IMG/VR virus record: IMGVR_UViG_3300009509_000031
Location: 29,822-93,821 of that record
DNA: 64,000 nt
From: a virus
Reading direction: 5' to 3' (one strand)
The translations under genes and the position numbers were made by a program. Under the pieces are notes generated by a model. The model saw only the letters and a list, made by a program, of their open reading frames with translations, searched no databases and was not told where the DNA came from. This document shows positions 9,834 to 19,654 of this stretch, piece after piece; positions within the stretch are counted from its first letter, which is position 1; each line of letters starts with the position of its first letter.

Positions 9834-10151
9834 ATGGCTATACCTAAGATACCTATCCAGGTACGAATCGGATCAGCACTATTAGAAAAATTTGATGATG
9901 CGGTGCTATCAAGCAAGTTTGAATCCCGCAATCAGTGGATGGTTGCGGCCATTACTTACATGCTTGAAACAGAAGAATCGTTACCGTGTCCAGTCACCAT
10001 TATTGATGTACTGCACAGAAAGGTAACTATAATGATCCGCGTTGAAGAGCTACTTTTAGAACTTGTTGATGAACAATGCGATCAATACAGGATGGAACGG
10101 GCTTTGTGGGTACTCAATGCCGCGATAAGTTACTATGCTGTTACACACTAA
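9834..10151 (+). CDS. Tandem ribbon-helix-helix transcription regulator
   Basis: Two RHH-like repeats (IPIQVRIGSALLEKFD..SRNQWMVAAI; VTIMIRVEELLLELVD..ERALWVLNAA); fills a gap between minus-strand genes. Confidence 0.7.
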   Translation: MAIPKIPIQVRIGSALLEKFDDAVLSSKFESRNQWMVAAITYMLETEESLPCPVTIIDVLHRKVTIMIRVEELLLELVDEQCDQYRMERALWVLNAAISYYAVTH

Positions 10152-10326
10152 CAAACAATGTGATCGTTAAACAGTGAAACTCCCGATCACTGCTCTGTGT
10201 AACTGTCCTGTCAATAATCTTTGCTGTTGGGTGCTTTCTTAGCCATTCTGTAATACGTTCTCCCATTTCAGCCCGTTCCCTGTGCTTCGTTGCAGAAAAC
10301 ACTTTTACAACATTAACACTTTCCAT
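10141..10326 (-). CDS. Small conserved protein resembling a myxobacterial family
   Basis: VKVFSATK..R..GE.IT.WL...VTQSSD.EFHCLTITLF signature (recalled family resemblance). Confidence 0.7.
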   Translation of the reverse strand: MESVNVVKVFSATKHRERAEMGERITEWLRKHPTAKIIDRTVTQSSDREFHCLTITLFVSV

Positions 10327-10328
10327 CG

Positions 10329-10988
10329 TTATCCCCCAATCTCTGGATCCAACGTATCAAGCAACGGCCCGATCTCTTCCATCAACGCCGCCAACTTATT
10401 CTTGTACTTATCAACTTTGTTTGAAGCTTCCCTAGCCTTTCTTCTAAGCCTATGCCTAACCGCATTAAGGTTCTTTTCTGCAGCCTTCAGATCGGCATGT
10501 GCACCATTACTATTACTCGCGTTTAAAATTTTTACTGCGGTAGCTTCAAACCCTCTTGCGTTATGCCGCATATCTGCAGCAAGCCTAATCTGTTCCCTAG
10601 CTTCTTTCTGCAGTCTTTCAGCTTCTAGACAGTACTTTTCAGCTGCAACCTCTGCAGCATCAGCACAGTTAGACAAGTGTGTTGCCATCTTCCTAGAAAC
10701 ACCGGCTTGCATTTCCACCCAATCAGCGGCATCTTTTGCTTCATCAAACAAATCAACCGCACCATGTATTTCAAGCTCATTCTCAGCATCAAGCACCTGT
10801 TGCTTATAAACTTCAATCTGCTCTAGCAGTCGTTTAGCCCTGGTGATACGCACGTCTGTTTTCTTCAACACTGGCTTAACTGGCTCTTTAACAGTAACCT
10901 GCGGATTGTGCCGGTGTGTTATCAGATACCTAGAGACTGTCTTTTGCTGCTTTTCAACTTTAGCTTGCGATACTTCTTTTTTGTCCAT
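10329..10988 (-). CDS. Coiled-coil hypothetical protein
   Basis: 219 aa, heptad-rich; GAAAGGA RBS. Confidence 0.75.
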   Translation of the reverse strand: MDKKEVSQAKVEKQQKTVSRYLITHRHNPQVTVKEPVKPVLKKTDVRITRAKRLLEQIEVYKQQVLDAENELEIHGAVDLFDEAKDAADWVEMQAGVSRKMATHLSNCADAAEVAAEKYCLEAERLQKEAREQIRLAADMRHNARGFEATAVKILNASNSNGAHADLKAAEKNLNAVRHRLRRKAREASNKVDKYKNKLAALMEEIGPLLDTLDPEIGG

Positions 10989-11232
10989 ATCTATCTATCC
11001 TTTCAATTACCGCCACCAGAGAAACGATCGTAAAATTCGCTTAACCCTTAGTTTAGCTAACCGTGTATAACACAAAATCCGTTCAGCCGTTTTTGCACCT
11101 AATACAAACTGACATCCGTATCGCTCAATACATACTGGACACAAAAACTGATCCATCACAGTTTTTGCTGTAATGCTCCCACACATTGAACATCTACCAA
11201 TCTTTGTTGTTCCCCAATAAGAATGGCGCATA

Positions 11233-11487
11233 CTAATCATCCATAGGAAGGGATGAAAGCATATCCAGCACATCTTTAGCAAATTGTCTAATTGCGGGAT
11301 CAGCATGTGTAGAATACCGAATTGCAGCCCGTGCACACCTTTCACCGAGTTTAATACCTTCCATGTATGCAATAGCTGCTTTACCAGTTACAGCAACATC
11401 TGTTTTCTCTTCCCGTTTAACCTCATCCAAATTATCAATGATACGGTTACTGATCGCTACCGAAATTGGACTAATTTTCTTTTTCAT
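11233..11487 (-). CDS. Hypothetical protein
   Basis: 84 aa ORF with GGAAGGG RBS. Confidence 0.6.
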   Translation of the reverse strand: MKKKISPISVAISNRIIDNLDEVKREEKTDVAVTGKAAIAYMEGIKLGERCARAAIRYSTHADPAIRQFAKDVLDMLSSLPMDD

Positions 11488-11637
11488 AATTCCCTTCCTA
11501 CCCGTTTCAAGTATCGAGCCCTAAGCCTATCAGCCTCTTTTTGCCTTTGACACGAATCCGCATCACACACTGTGTTTGTTTTACGTTTAGACCTAAACGT
11601 CAAACCGCAATATCTGCAAACGGATTCGTTATTAGCC

Positions 11638-12159
11638 TTATACTGCTTTTGCCGTTCCGTCATTGTTCAAAAACCTGCCTTTATAAAAACATTTCAATAA
11701 GGCGTTAGCTTGCAACAACTTGGATCTAAGCTTAGTTAGAATTACCGCCCTATCTTCAAGCCGCGTACTACAGTTAATATTTTCTGGTTCAAGTTTGTTT
11801 TCTTGCTCAATCACGGCTAGAAATTCTGCTTCAACAGTATCAATAAGTACGCTCAACGGTTCGTGTAACTTATCCAACGCAAGCAACCCAAAAACGTATT
11901 CAAGATTATCACCAGTAACTTCTAAGATCTCAAACAGCGTTGATTCACCTTTAGAATTAAGATGAAAACTATCAGCAGAACATAATGCGTAATCTATTAC
12001 GTTATTCAACTTAGAATAGAATTCCTCACCCGGCTTATCAAACGGCTTGTTACTACAAATACGGATCTTCAACATTCGATCAACAACCCGTTCATACTGT
12101 GCTTCAAATGATTTAATCTTTTTACCGCGTACCTCAGTTTTCTTTACTTTAGCTGTCAT
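11638..12159 (-). CDS. Hypothetical protein
   Basis: 173 aa in tightly packed minus-strand operon. Confidence 0.65.
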   Translation of the reverse strand: MTAKVKKTEVRGKKIKSFEAQYERVVDRMLKIRICSNKPFDKPGEEFYSKLNNVIDYALCSADSFHLNSKGESTLFEILEVTGDNLEYVFGLLALDKLHEPLSVLIDTVEAEFLAVIEQENKLEPENINCSTRLEDRAVILTKLRSKLLQANALLKCFYKGRFLNNDGTAKAV

Positions 12160-12631
12160 GGTTCACCACAACTGTTTGAAGATTCGCTATTGCCGCTTCA
12201 GCCCTTGTTAATCTCTCACGCATTTCACCAAACCCACGAATAAGTGCAAATTCTGTATTACTGATTTGACCGTCAAGTCTAAGAACCTTTTTTGTTAAAT
12301 CACGGATCACACCATCCAACACATCAGAAACTAGAACACGCAAGGTTTCATGAATCACAGAAACTAGCTTAGTAAATGCAACACCTGCAGGACCCTCCAG
12401 AACAACATCTGTTGATTTAAGCAACGCCTTACACCTGTGTTCGTACAAAGCCCACAAATCCCCTGCAAACAACGGCCGATCTGAAATAGTAAGAACACGA
12501 GTATCGATCCATTCAATCAATACGTGCAACAACCGTCTTGTGTGCTGTTCTGGAAGAATCAGCAAATCATCCGGCCATTTTTCATCTAACATACCCTCTA
12601 ATCGTGCTTTCAAGCTTCCTGGAACTGTCAC
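12149..12631 (-). CDS. Hypothetical protein
   Basis: GTGA start/stop overlap with upstream gene. Confidence 0.65.
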   Translation of the reverse strand: MTVPGSLKARLEGMLDEKWPDDLLILPEQHTRRLLHVLIEWIDTRVLTISDRPLFAGDLWALYEHRCKALLKSTDVVLEGPAGVAFTKLVSVIHETLRVLVSDVLDGVIRDLTKKVLRLDGQISNTEFALIRGFGEMRERLTRAEAAIANLQTVVVNHDS

Positions 12632-13137
12632 ACCGATCCCCCTTTCTGCTGTTTCTTCACCATGTCAGCTTTCCAATACAGCTTTGAACACGCAAGGCAT
12701 ACGTTAGCGTATTCCCCTTTTTCGTTGTTTAAGATCGCATCAACTTGTTTCCTTGAAAAGACCTTATCCCCTTTTGCGATACCGCAAAACGATTCACCCT
12801 TACCGCGATCAATATGAATAGTTCCAACAAAGCTAACTTCCTGTTCATCATCTTCTTCTGTATCCGCTTGATTACTTACGGGATGGCTGATCACCCACTG
12901 TTCAAGATTAGCGATCCGCTCTTCCAGTTCCCCCAACCTAATCTGTTTGCCGTTCTGCAATGCTTCTAACCGTCGCACCAATTCAGCTTTCAACATGAAC
13001 GGGCCACACACCAAACCATCCCCTATCACACAATCCTGTTTAGTCCTAAGTGTTGTTTCAAACACATCAACCAACACATCCCCCGGCACTGCTTCCAGCG
13101 TTTCAAACCGGCTCAACAACCGTATTCTCTTAGCCAT
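12628..13137 (-). CDS. Hypothetical protein with C-terminal Cys/His cluster
   Basis: GGAGG RBS; H...C...CxxC. Confidence 0.65.
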   Translation of the reverse strand: MAKRIRLLSRFETLEAVPGDVLVDVFETTLRTKQDCVIGDGLVCGPFMLKAELVRRLEALQNGKQIRLGELEERIANLEQWVISHPVSNQADTEEDDEQEVSFVGTIHIDRGKGESFCGIAKGDKVFSRKQVDAILNNEKGEYANVCLACSKLYWKADMVKKQQKGGSV

Positions 13138-13450
13138 TACTTACAACCTCCAACATCAGATCAACAGTATCCAATACCCGATCCTCATCTTCACTGCAGG
13201 TACACGCATACCCCGGATTACCACAATCACAGATCGGATCAGACATATCCCCTAAACAATCACAATGACCAATACCGCCACAATCCATACATACCCAATC
13301 ACCCTCATCTATATCCCAAATAATCCGCATAGCCCAATTCTCCGATTGTTGTGGAAAGAGGGTTTGGGTGATAGGTGCCCCAAATCCGTTATAAGAACCA
13401 TACCCGTACATACCTACCATAACATTGTGTTCACTATCCTGCACCATCAA
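13130..13450 (-). CDS. Cys-rich hypothetical protein
   Basis: CxxC, CxC, CxC, CxC clusters. Confidence 0.55.
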   Translation of the reverse strand: MMVQDSEHNVMVGMYGYGSYNGFGAPITQTLFPQQSENWAMRIIWDIDEGDWVCMDCGGIGHCDCLGDMSDPICDCGNPGYACTCSEDEDRVLDTVDLMLEVVSNG

Positions 13451-13552
13451 TCAATCAAATCTTGTGGTTCACACTCAAAAAAAGTTTGGCTAACAATCCA
13501 CATAGCGTTTTCCATTTGCCTATCCACCATAGCTATCCCTTTCATGTGAATA

Positions 13553-14146
13553 CTACTTGTTTCCAAGTTTCAACGTAATTGCCCCTGTTACCGGATCATC
13601 ACTCCGAAGTAAGTAACACGCTTCATTTGTCATCATATCCCTAACCTCATTTCTTTCAACAGACACAACAGGGATATTATGCTTTTTCATGATTAACCTG
13701 ATCATGATCATAGCGCCTTCAAGTTCACATTGAAGGCTATTAGATCTTGAATAATCCGTTAACGATACCCTTCGTTGCTCAATATCTTTAACACGGTTCT
13801 GCAACTGTAAAACCTTATCCGTGATCAACTCTTGAAAGGCTATCAGCTCATCAATCCGACTATCCTGCTTCATCTGTGCAGCAATCAAACCCCGTTCATA
13901 CCCTTCGTCATATGCCCTAGAAATCATCCGATTGACAGCAACATGATCCGTTTCTTCTTTAGCAGTAATCTTTGAAAGTAGATTTTCAAGAGCCAGCACC
14001 AATTCATGACAAGTACCGTGATCTGGATCCCTGCAAGCTGCATCCCCATACGTTGCCAGATAATCAGCAATCAGTTCTTGTGCTTCTTCTAGCGGATCCG
14101 GGTGTTTCCTATCCAGCTGAGTCTGATCAATTTGATCTTGTTCCAT
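13553..14146 (-). CDS. Hypothetical protein
   Basis: 197 aa; GAAAGGGGG RBS. Confidence 0.7.
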   Translation of the reverse strand: MEQDQIDQTQLDRKHPDPLEEAQELIADYLATYGDAACRDPDHGTCHELVLALENLLSKITAKEETDHVAVNRMISRAYDEGYERGLIAAQMKQDSRIDELIAFQELITDKVLQLQNRVKDIEQRRVSLTDYSRSNSLQCELEGAMIMIRLIMKKHNIPVVSVERNEVRDMMTNEACYLLRSDDPVTGAITLKLGNK

Positions 14147-14537
14147 CCGTTCCCCCTTTCGTATGTCGAATCCTGCCTAGTTCTTGCTGGTGCCTATGCA
14201 GGGCAATTCGCCTAGACAAAACAGCCCTAACACGATCTGCCTGTTCATATGTCAACCGGTACCGCTTACCGTTACCATTACCTATAGATCTACGTTCAGA
14301 CCAAAGCAACGCTTCAGCAACCTTACCGGCAGTAACAGCAGAACACCCACATTCTTTTGCAATCTGATTAAGCCCAATAAACCCACCACGCCAAGTGATC
14401 CCAAGATACTTAGCTTTAGACTTTACCGCAAAAAGGGTTCTTCCGAGTTTTTTAGCAGCAACAGGTTGCTGATACCGTTCTGCATACCGCAACAATAGGT
14501 GAACTTCTTTTGCAGACCATAGTTTACCGCCAGCCAT
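14127..14537 (-). CDS. Myb/SANT-like HTH DNA-binding protein
   Basis: WSAKEVHLL...AAKKLGRTLFAVKSKAKYLGI, followed by a second HTH-like segment. Confidence 0.65.
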   Translation of the reverse strand: MAGGKLWSAKEVHLLLRYAERYQQPVAAKKLGRTLFAVKSKAKYLGITWRGGFIGLNQIAKECGCSAVTAGKVAEALLWSERRSIGNGNGKRYRLTYEQADRVRAVLSRRIALHRHQQELGRIRHTKGGTDGTRSN

Positions 14538-14542
14538 TGATC

Positions 14543-14806
14543 CTAATCCTTTGTCCAACCTTCCAGTGAACCGAATACGTGCCATCCGCACCATGGGCAC
14601 CCGATAGACGGGGATACCCGTCCTGTAGATTCGATTACATGATTCTTATCTAGTGAAACAAGCCCACCACAATCAAAACATCTGATTACAGGAATCCAAT
14701 CTTCAGATCCGTGTTTGTTTGCTTTATGCCAACTGCCAGGTACCAACGCCGTTTCACTATACTTAAAAACAAAGTTCTTTGACGATATAGGTTTATACAC
14801 AACCAT
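14543..14806 (-). CDS. Zn-binding hypothetical protein
   Basis: CFDC...VSPSIGCPWCGWH. Confidence 0.6.
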   Translation of the reverse strand: MVVYKPISSKNFVFKYSETALVPGSWHKANKHGSEDWIPVIRCFDCGGLVSLDKNHVIESTGRVSPSIGCPWCGWHVFGSLEGWTKD

Positions 14807-14871
14807 GATTACCCCTTAAATTTTTTGAAACTACTTGACGACCTAATAGCTTTCAAAAGTTTGGTAAGCTA

Positions 14872-15150
14872 TCAATCACGTTTCTTCCACTTGGGTGTAT
14901 ACCCTAACCGCTTGCATACTTTGATCACGTATTTCATTTCCCGTTTTGATACAAAGTACCGGCATGGATTAAACTTCACAACAGTGTTTCCAGGTTCCCA
15001 TAACACCATCATTTGAATGATTCGATCTAGTGGCGGCATATGACTAACGGGCTTAGGACACCTGCCAAACCTGTGATCCTTCACAGCTGCAATAAACGTC
15101 CTAGCCCTTAATTGTGTGCTTTCTTCTGTTGTCATTGGCAACGATCGCAT
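14872..15150 (-). CDS. Hypothetical protein
   Basis: Start overlaps upstream stop. Confidence 0.55.
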   Translation of the reverse strand: MRSLPMTTEESTQLRARTFIAAVKDHRFGRCPKPVSHMPPLDRIIQMMVLWEPGNTVVKFNPCRYFVSKREMKYVIKVCKRLGYTPKWKKRD

Positions 15151-15497
15151 TACAACAACCCTTTTTTCTTAGCCCGTCTGAACACCTTTGTTAGCGCCAG
15201 TTCAACAACAGCCGTCTTACTCTGCTTCGTTGCATCAGCATACAATGCCAGGGTATCAATCACCGATGGTGGAAGCTTAAAGCTAACCAGCTTACGTGGA
15301 ATGATCACCTTTCTGATTTTAAAGCCTGCCGTACCATCAGCCTTTTTGACTAGAACCAACTTATGCTCATCAAAGCCACGTTTCTCAGCTGTCTTCTTTA
15401 TCCTCGCTTTCAAATTTGGTTTGATAGCCAAATCATGTTTTTTAGCTCGTTTCAGTAACCGCCTAATCTCTTCATTCAACTTTTTCAACTTAACCAT
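15150..15497 (-). CDS. Basic protein with C-terminal RHH domain
   Basis: VSFKLPPSVIDTLALYADATKQSKTAVVELAL. Confidence 0.65.
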   Translation of the reverse strand: MVKLKKLNEEIRRLLKRAKKHDLAIKPNLKARIKKTAEKRGFDEHKLVLVKKADGTAGFKIRKVIIPRKLVSFKLPPSVIDTLALYADATKQSKTAVVELALTKVFRRAKKKGLL

Positions 15498-15533
15498 AAT
15501 GCACCTTTTCAAAAGAAGACATAATCCTCCAGA

Positions 15534-15833
15534 CTATCGAACCAACAACATCATTTTTCGGTAACAGATCCTGCCATACACTTCAAACAAATAATGTTTG
15601 ACAAGAACAGCTCTTGTGTACTTAGAGTGTGTTTTGTGTGTTGTTGTCAGCTTGTCAATATACGATCGCATAGATGTTGAATGGCCAGCAACATCTGCAA
15701 CCAAATGTAACAGAACTTCACACTGAATACCGTCTAAATACGCTGCAGCACAACTTAGGATCGCGCTGTCAATTTCTTGTCTACTCCAACGGGTTCGTTT
15801 TTTCCTTTTCTTCAACTTTTTCAACTTAACCAT
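15534..15833 (-). CDS. Hypothetical protein
   Basis: AAAAGGTG RBS; N-terminus identical to downstream gene. Confidence 0.6.
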   Translation of the reverse strand: MVKLKKLKKRKKRTRWSRQEIDSAILSCAAAYLDGIQCEVLLHLVADVAGHSTSMRSYIDKLTTTHKTHSKYTRAVLVKHYLFEVYGRICYRKMMLLVR

Positions 15834-15847
15834 GAATCACCTTTTAA

Positions 15848-16138
15848 CTAATACGGTTCAATACGAATTCCAAACCCACAACACCCACCCGTTCTAACAT
15901 GCTGCAACTGAACGTAAGCAAACACGGCAAGAAACCGTTTAACAATATTCCACGCCAAAGCAGGGCTAACTGTTGTACAGGCTGCTAATTCTGTTGCTAG
16001 CTGCATCCCTGCAACAATCGCCTTTTTACTCAAGTGGGTCGTTTCTAGTAGCTCAACTATCTCTTGTTCCCGTTTCTTTTGTGCACGAAACAAGGCGGTA
16101 AACATACACCTAAACGGATCCCCTATCATCAGTTTCAC
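15848..16138 (-). CDS. Hypothetical protein
   Basis: Packed minus-strand ORF. Confidence 0.5.
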   Translation of the reverse strand: MKLMIGDPFRCMFTALFRAQKKREQEIVELLETTHLSKKAIVAGMQLATELAACTTVSPALAWNIVKRFLAVFAYVQLQHVRTGGCCGFGIRIEPY

Positions 16139-16149
16139 CTTTCATCAAT

Positions 16150-16554
16150 TCAACCTATCCGGCAACGGTCTTTTTTAAGCACACCCATCCCATACAACAA
16201 TACAGCAAACACGATCAATACCTTCACCTTTCGTGTGAAGTATTTGAATTGCGCTACGGTGGGTTTGTTCCTATGAGGTATTGCAGCATTACTACAGTTG
16301 CACAACGTTAAATCCTTACTTGTTTTAGTTCTAGATCTGTACGCGGAATAATTTAACAACGCACCCTTATACGTGGATTCATCTGGTAACACCACTTCAG
16401 GTAACCCTACATCCCAATACCGTTCTTGTGTAATAGACTGCTTAAACCACGTTGCAACGGTATGTAACACGAACCCCTGTGATCGTTTATACCGGCTATT
16501 GCTACGGATGATTTTATCCTCTATACGCTTAACCGTGACATCACACGTTTTCAA
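16150..16554 (-). CDS. Hypothetical protein
   Basis: GAGAGGG RBS, TTG start. Confidence 0.5.
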   Translation of the reverse strand: MKTCDVTVKRIEDKIIRSNSRYKRSQGFVLHTVATWFKQSITQERYWDVGLPEVVLPDESTYKGALLNYSAYRSRTKTSKDLTLCNCSNAAIPHRNKPTVAQFKYFTRKVKVLIVFAVLLYGMGVLKKDRCRIG

Positions 16555-16564
16555 TACCCTCTCT

Positions 16565-16960
16565 TCAACACGGCTTATCTTCCGGATGTTCGTGAAATGG
16601 GAACGCGAACCCCTTACTACCTAACCAGATATAAACAACATCAAATAGCCGGCCATACGCTTTTTCAACCCAACAGTTAATGCACAGATCAAAAAACGTT
16701 AACACCAATTCATCAACGGACATTGGTGATCGACCTTTTGGCCACATTTTATACCACTGTTCCAACGCATCGTTACAAGCAGCTAATGACCACAACCCAT
16801 CTAGTGTTACAAAGCATGAAAGCTCATCCACCATCCCTGCAAACAACTTCTTTCTGTGCTCTGTTTGCAGATGTGCCCACCACGTTAATTCTTTAGCAAA
16901 CCCCTTTTCAATATATGCTTGCTGTGCTTTTTCTGCAGCTGTCCTGTATAGAGATGACAT
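16565..16960 (-). CDS. Hypothetical protein
   Basis: 131 aa ORF. Confidence 0.65.
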   Translation of the reverse strand: MSSLYRTAAEKAQQAYIEKGFAKELTWWAHLQTEHRKKLFAGMVDELSCFVTLDGLWSLAACNDALEQWYKMWPKGRSPMSVDELVLTFFDLCINCWVEKAYGRLFDVVYIWLGSKGFAFPFHEHPEDKPC

Positions 16961-17395
16961 AATTACCCGCTTTCTTTCTCATCTTCTTTTTTCAATGTCG
17001 GTATTACTGCATGGCATTTCAAACACACCGTTACACCTAACGGAACAAAGATCTGTGTTGCCGTATCGTATCCATGGGTAACGATGTGTTCTGATCCGCA
17101 TACATCACAGGTTGGCCGCTTTGGTTTCGTCATCAGTCTGAATAATCCTATTCTTCAAGATACGGAACACATTCACATAAAACACGATCCATCTGTCTAT
17201 CCCCTTTCTTGTTGAAGTACATACCTCTATCTCTGACGGTACTGTACCACTTAGTATATACTATGTCACGAATTACTACCCGTGTCATATTCAGTACATA
17301 CGCAGTATATACGATTGTATTAAGAAGTGAGGTTACTTTTTGTGGTGTGGTTCTGATAGGTGATTCTGTAGAACCCCTAGAATCCCTATGACCCG

Positions 17396-17653
17396 TTATT
17401 CTGATTCGTGTAATTCTAACCGGGCTAATCGTTGCCGTGCATTAATCTGTTCTCTGTTGACTTGTCTATACGTTTTTCTTTGTTTCAAAATATGCTGTCT
17501 ATGCTTTCTGTAGTATTGACTCATCTTCTTACAGTTTGCGTATGTACGGCACCTATCACAATACTTTTGAACGTTGCTTGTTCTCTCAACCATTTCTTCA
17601 CAGACTTCACACACCAGATACCTTTTACGCTTATGTGCTGGTTCCTTTGTCAT
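17396..17653 (-). CDS. Zn-finger basic protein
   Basis: CEVC...YCDRC then basic helix; AAGGA RBS. Confidence 0.6.
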   Translation of the reverse strand: MTKEPAHKRKRYLVCEVCEEMVERTSNVQKYCDRCRTYANCKKMSQYYRKHRQHILKQRKTYRQVNREQINARQRLARLELHESE

Positions 17654-17900
17654 TATCTTTTATCCTTATCTATAAACGTACATACTTTGGATTATGGTTT
17701 TTGTATGCGCTATCCGTGTTGGGGTACCCACTACCGCTGTTGACACAAGGTGTCGGTTTTTCACTTCCCCCCACCCCTATTGTCCTACATAACAGGGTAG
17801 ATGTGTTCTTTCTACAGTACGTAAGAATTATTCTGTAGTGCTTAGTCGCTTCATTCATTATTTAATCCTGGATTCCTCTACATCGCTTAATGGTTACTTA

Positions 17901-18015
17901 ACTGTTTAAGGGATACGGGTTAATTAGTTGTTAAAGATTAATTAACTATTTAATCACTGTTTAAGGAATGCGAGTTAATAGTTAATTAAATGGTTAAGTG
18001 GGATGAGTTAACTAG
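17901..18015. repeat. AT-rich imperfect direct repeats (candidate pac/ori region)
   Basis: ACTGTTTAAGGGATACGGGTTAATTAGTT, ACTGTTTAAGGAATGCGAGTTAATAGTT and a third degenerate copy in a non-coding gap. Confidence 0.55.
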
Positions 18016-18191
18016 ATACCACTTGTTTAACTATGGCGTACATACCGTAGGTTATTTGTTGTATTAAAACAAAACCATTCTCTTCTTTCTTTGATTCTCT
18101 TCTATGGTGGGTAGGGTGTAGGGGTTTTGGTTTTAGAAATTACAGGGAACCATTCAAGGGGATAGGGCGGGATGTGCACCAAAAGGGTAAT

Positions 18192-19217
18192 TTAAGATTT
18201 GGGTGATGATGGTTTAACTAACCAAGATCCTGTAGATGGGGATTTAGATGATGTATCCGATGCAACAGGTTCTAACGTATCTTTTGGGGGTAGTGGTGGC
18301 GTTACTTTATCGACCACAAAAGAATCACCATCCGTTGTTTCAATAAGAGCTTTATTCTGTTCTGCAAGCAATGCTTTGTGTAATGCTTTATCCGGATCAT
18401 AGTCAGGTAACATTCCATATTCATGGGGTGCTAAATGAGTTTTTTGAGATTCAGCGTATACACCATCATCACGTTTTCTATAAATAGTATGTCGATACTT
18501 CCAATCGGGTACAGCTCTAACAATACCGAATTCATTTCTCAACGGCTTTTTTATGATGCGGGTATACGTGATGTTGGAATGAATAGCAGATCGGGATCCG
18601 AGTAAGGCGTGTCCTTGTGTTGCATCATCGATTGTTTCAACCAATTTCTGCAATTGAATGATCTCAGTAACCAGTTCACCCCGAATATCTTCCGCCTTAC
18701 CATCAATGGATTTACGATCGGCTTTCTTTTGTTCAATCACACCAAAGGTATGCCCCTTGTCCATAATCTTATCGTATATATCCGACATACCACGCAAGGC
18801 TTGAATAGCTGCATTGTACTGCTTCACATCGGGATCATTGATGTAACGTTCATACGTTTTCTGTAGCTTCTTTACAATACCCATCTGAAAGGCAGCATAT
18901 CGAATAAAGGTTTGTTGGGGTGTGGATTGGGCATAATGCCGAATCATATGATCGATAGCGGAATTGAGATTACGAGTTACCGCGTTTTGTGGAATCTGCA
19001 AATCTTCAGCAATCGCTGCAATCGTTTTACCCTCTGAATACATGGATAGGATTGCGTGTTGCCGCTTTCTAACGTAGGTTCGTTTTAACTGCTTATCTTC
19101 TTTAGATACGTTTTGAGTATTCCGAGTATTCTGTTTATGGACTTTGGCCGGCTTACGGGTTGAGACAACCTCTTTGACTTTTCGATTGGCTTTGAATCGG
19201 GGTTTCTTTTTAGCCAT
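18192..19217 (-). CDS. HTH protein, probable terminase small subunit
   Basis: Basic N-terminus, HTH (ILSMYSEGKTIAAIAEDLQIPQNAVTRNL) then helical oligomerisation-like region; no TerS-like gene is obvious next to terL. Confidence 0.5.
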   Translation of the reverse strand: MAKKKPRFKANRKVKEVVSTRKPAKVHKQNTRNTQNVSKEDKQLKRTYVRKRQHAILSMYSEGKTIAAIAEDLQIPQNAVTRNLNSAIDHMIRHYAQSTPQQTFIRYAAFQMGIVKKLQKTYERYINDPDVKQYNAAIQALRGMSDIYDKIMDKGHTFGVIEQKKADRKSIDGKAEDIRGELVTEIIQLQKLVETIDDATQGHALLGSRSAIHSNITYTRIIKKPLRNEFGIVRAVPDWKYRHTIYRKRDDGVYAESQKTHLAPHEYGMLPDYDPDKALHKALLAEQNKALIETTDGDSFVVDKVTPPLPPKDTLEPVASDTSSKSPSTGSWLVKPSSPKS

Positions 19218-19228
19218 GGATACACACG

Positions 19229-19654
19229 TTATACCGTTTTTATCTTAGACAAATCGTTTAAGTCAGGAGTGTTGTTGTTGGTAGTATCCAGATATTTTTG
19301 ATCAGGATCCAGCACTGGATCCAATGTAACAGTATTTGCCCTATCCCGTAACTCGATCGTGTATCGGTGCTGTTGCCCCTTATAACGATCCTCTTGTTTA
19401 TCCTTCGGTAGAGGAATAGCCGTTACAACAACCAACTTTTCACCAAAATATTTGGAGTCATTGAGCCGGCACCATATCCCAATCTTTTCAAAGTCTCTTA
19501 CATCATCTGGAGCAAGATGCTTTCCTAGTGCGTTTTCAGCCTGTAACAGTTCCCCTTTCAATACCCTTAAACGACGTTCCTTGTCTTCATACTCTGCTTG
19601 AAGGTTATACCAGATCTTTACAAGCTCATCTGTTGCTCTATTCGCGGTTGTCAT
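19229..19654 (-). CDS. Hypothetical protein
   Basis: 141 aa; coupled start. Confidence 0.65.
   Translation of the reverse strand: MTTANRATDELVKIWYNLQAEYEDKERRLRVLKGELLQAENALGKHLAPDDVRDFEKIGIWCRLNDSKYFGEKLVVVTAIPLPKDKQEDRYKGQQHRYTIELRDRANTVTLDPVLDPDQKYLDTTNNNTPDLNDLSKIKTV

Noticed and set aside
17124-17136. CTGATGA-C-GAAAC hammerhead-like core on the minus strand
   Set aside because: No stem II or flanking helices; coincides with the start of a small Zn-finger ORF (MTKPKRPTCDVC)
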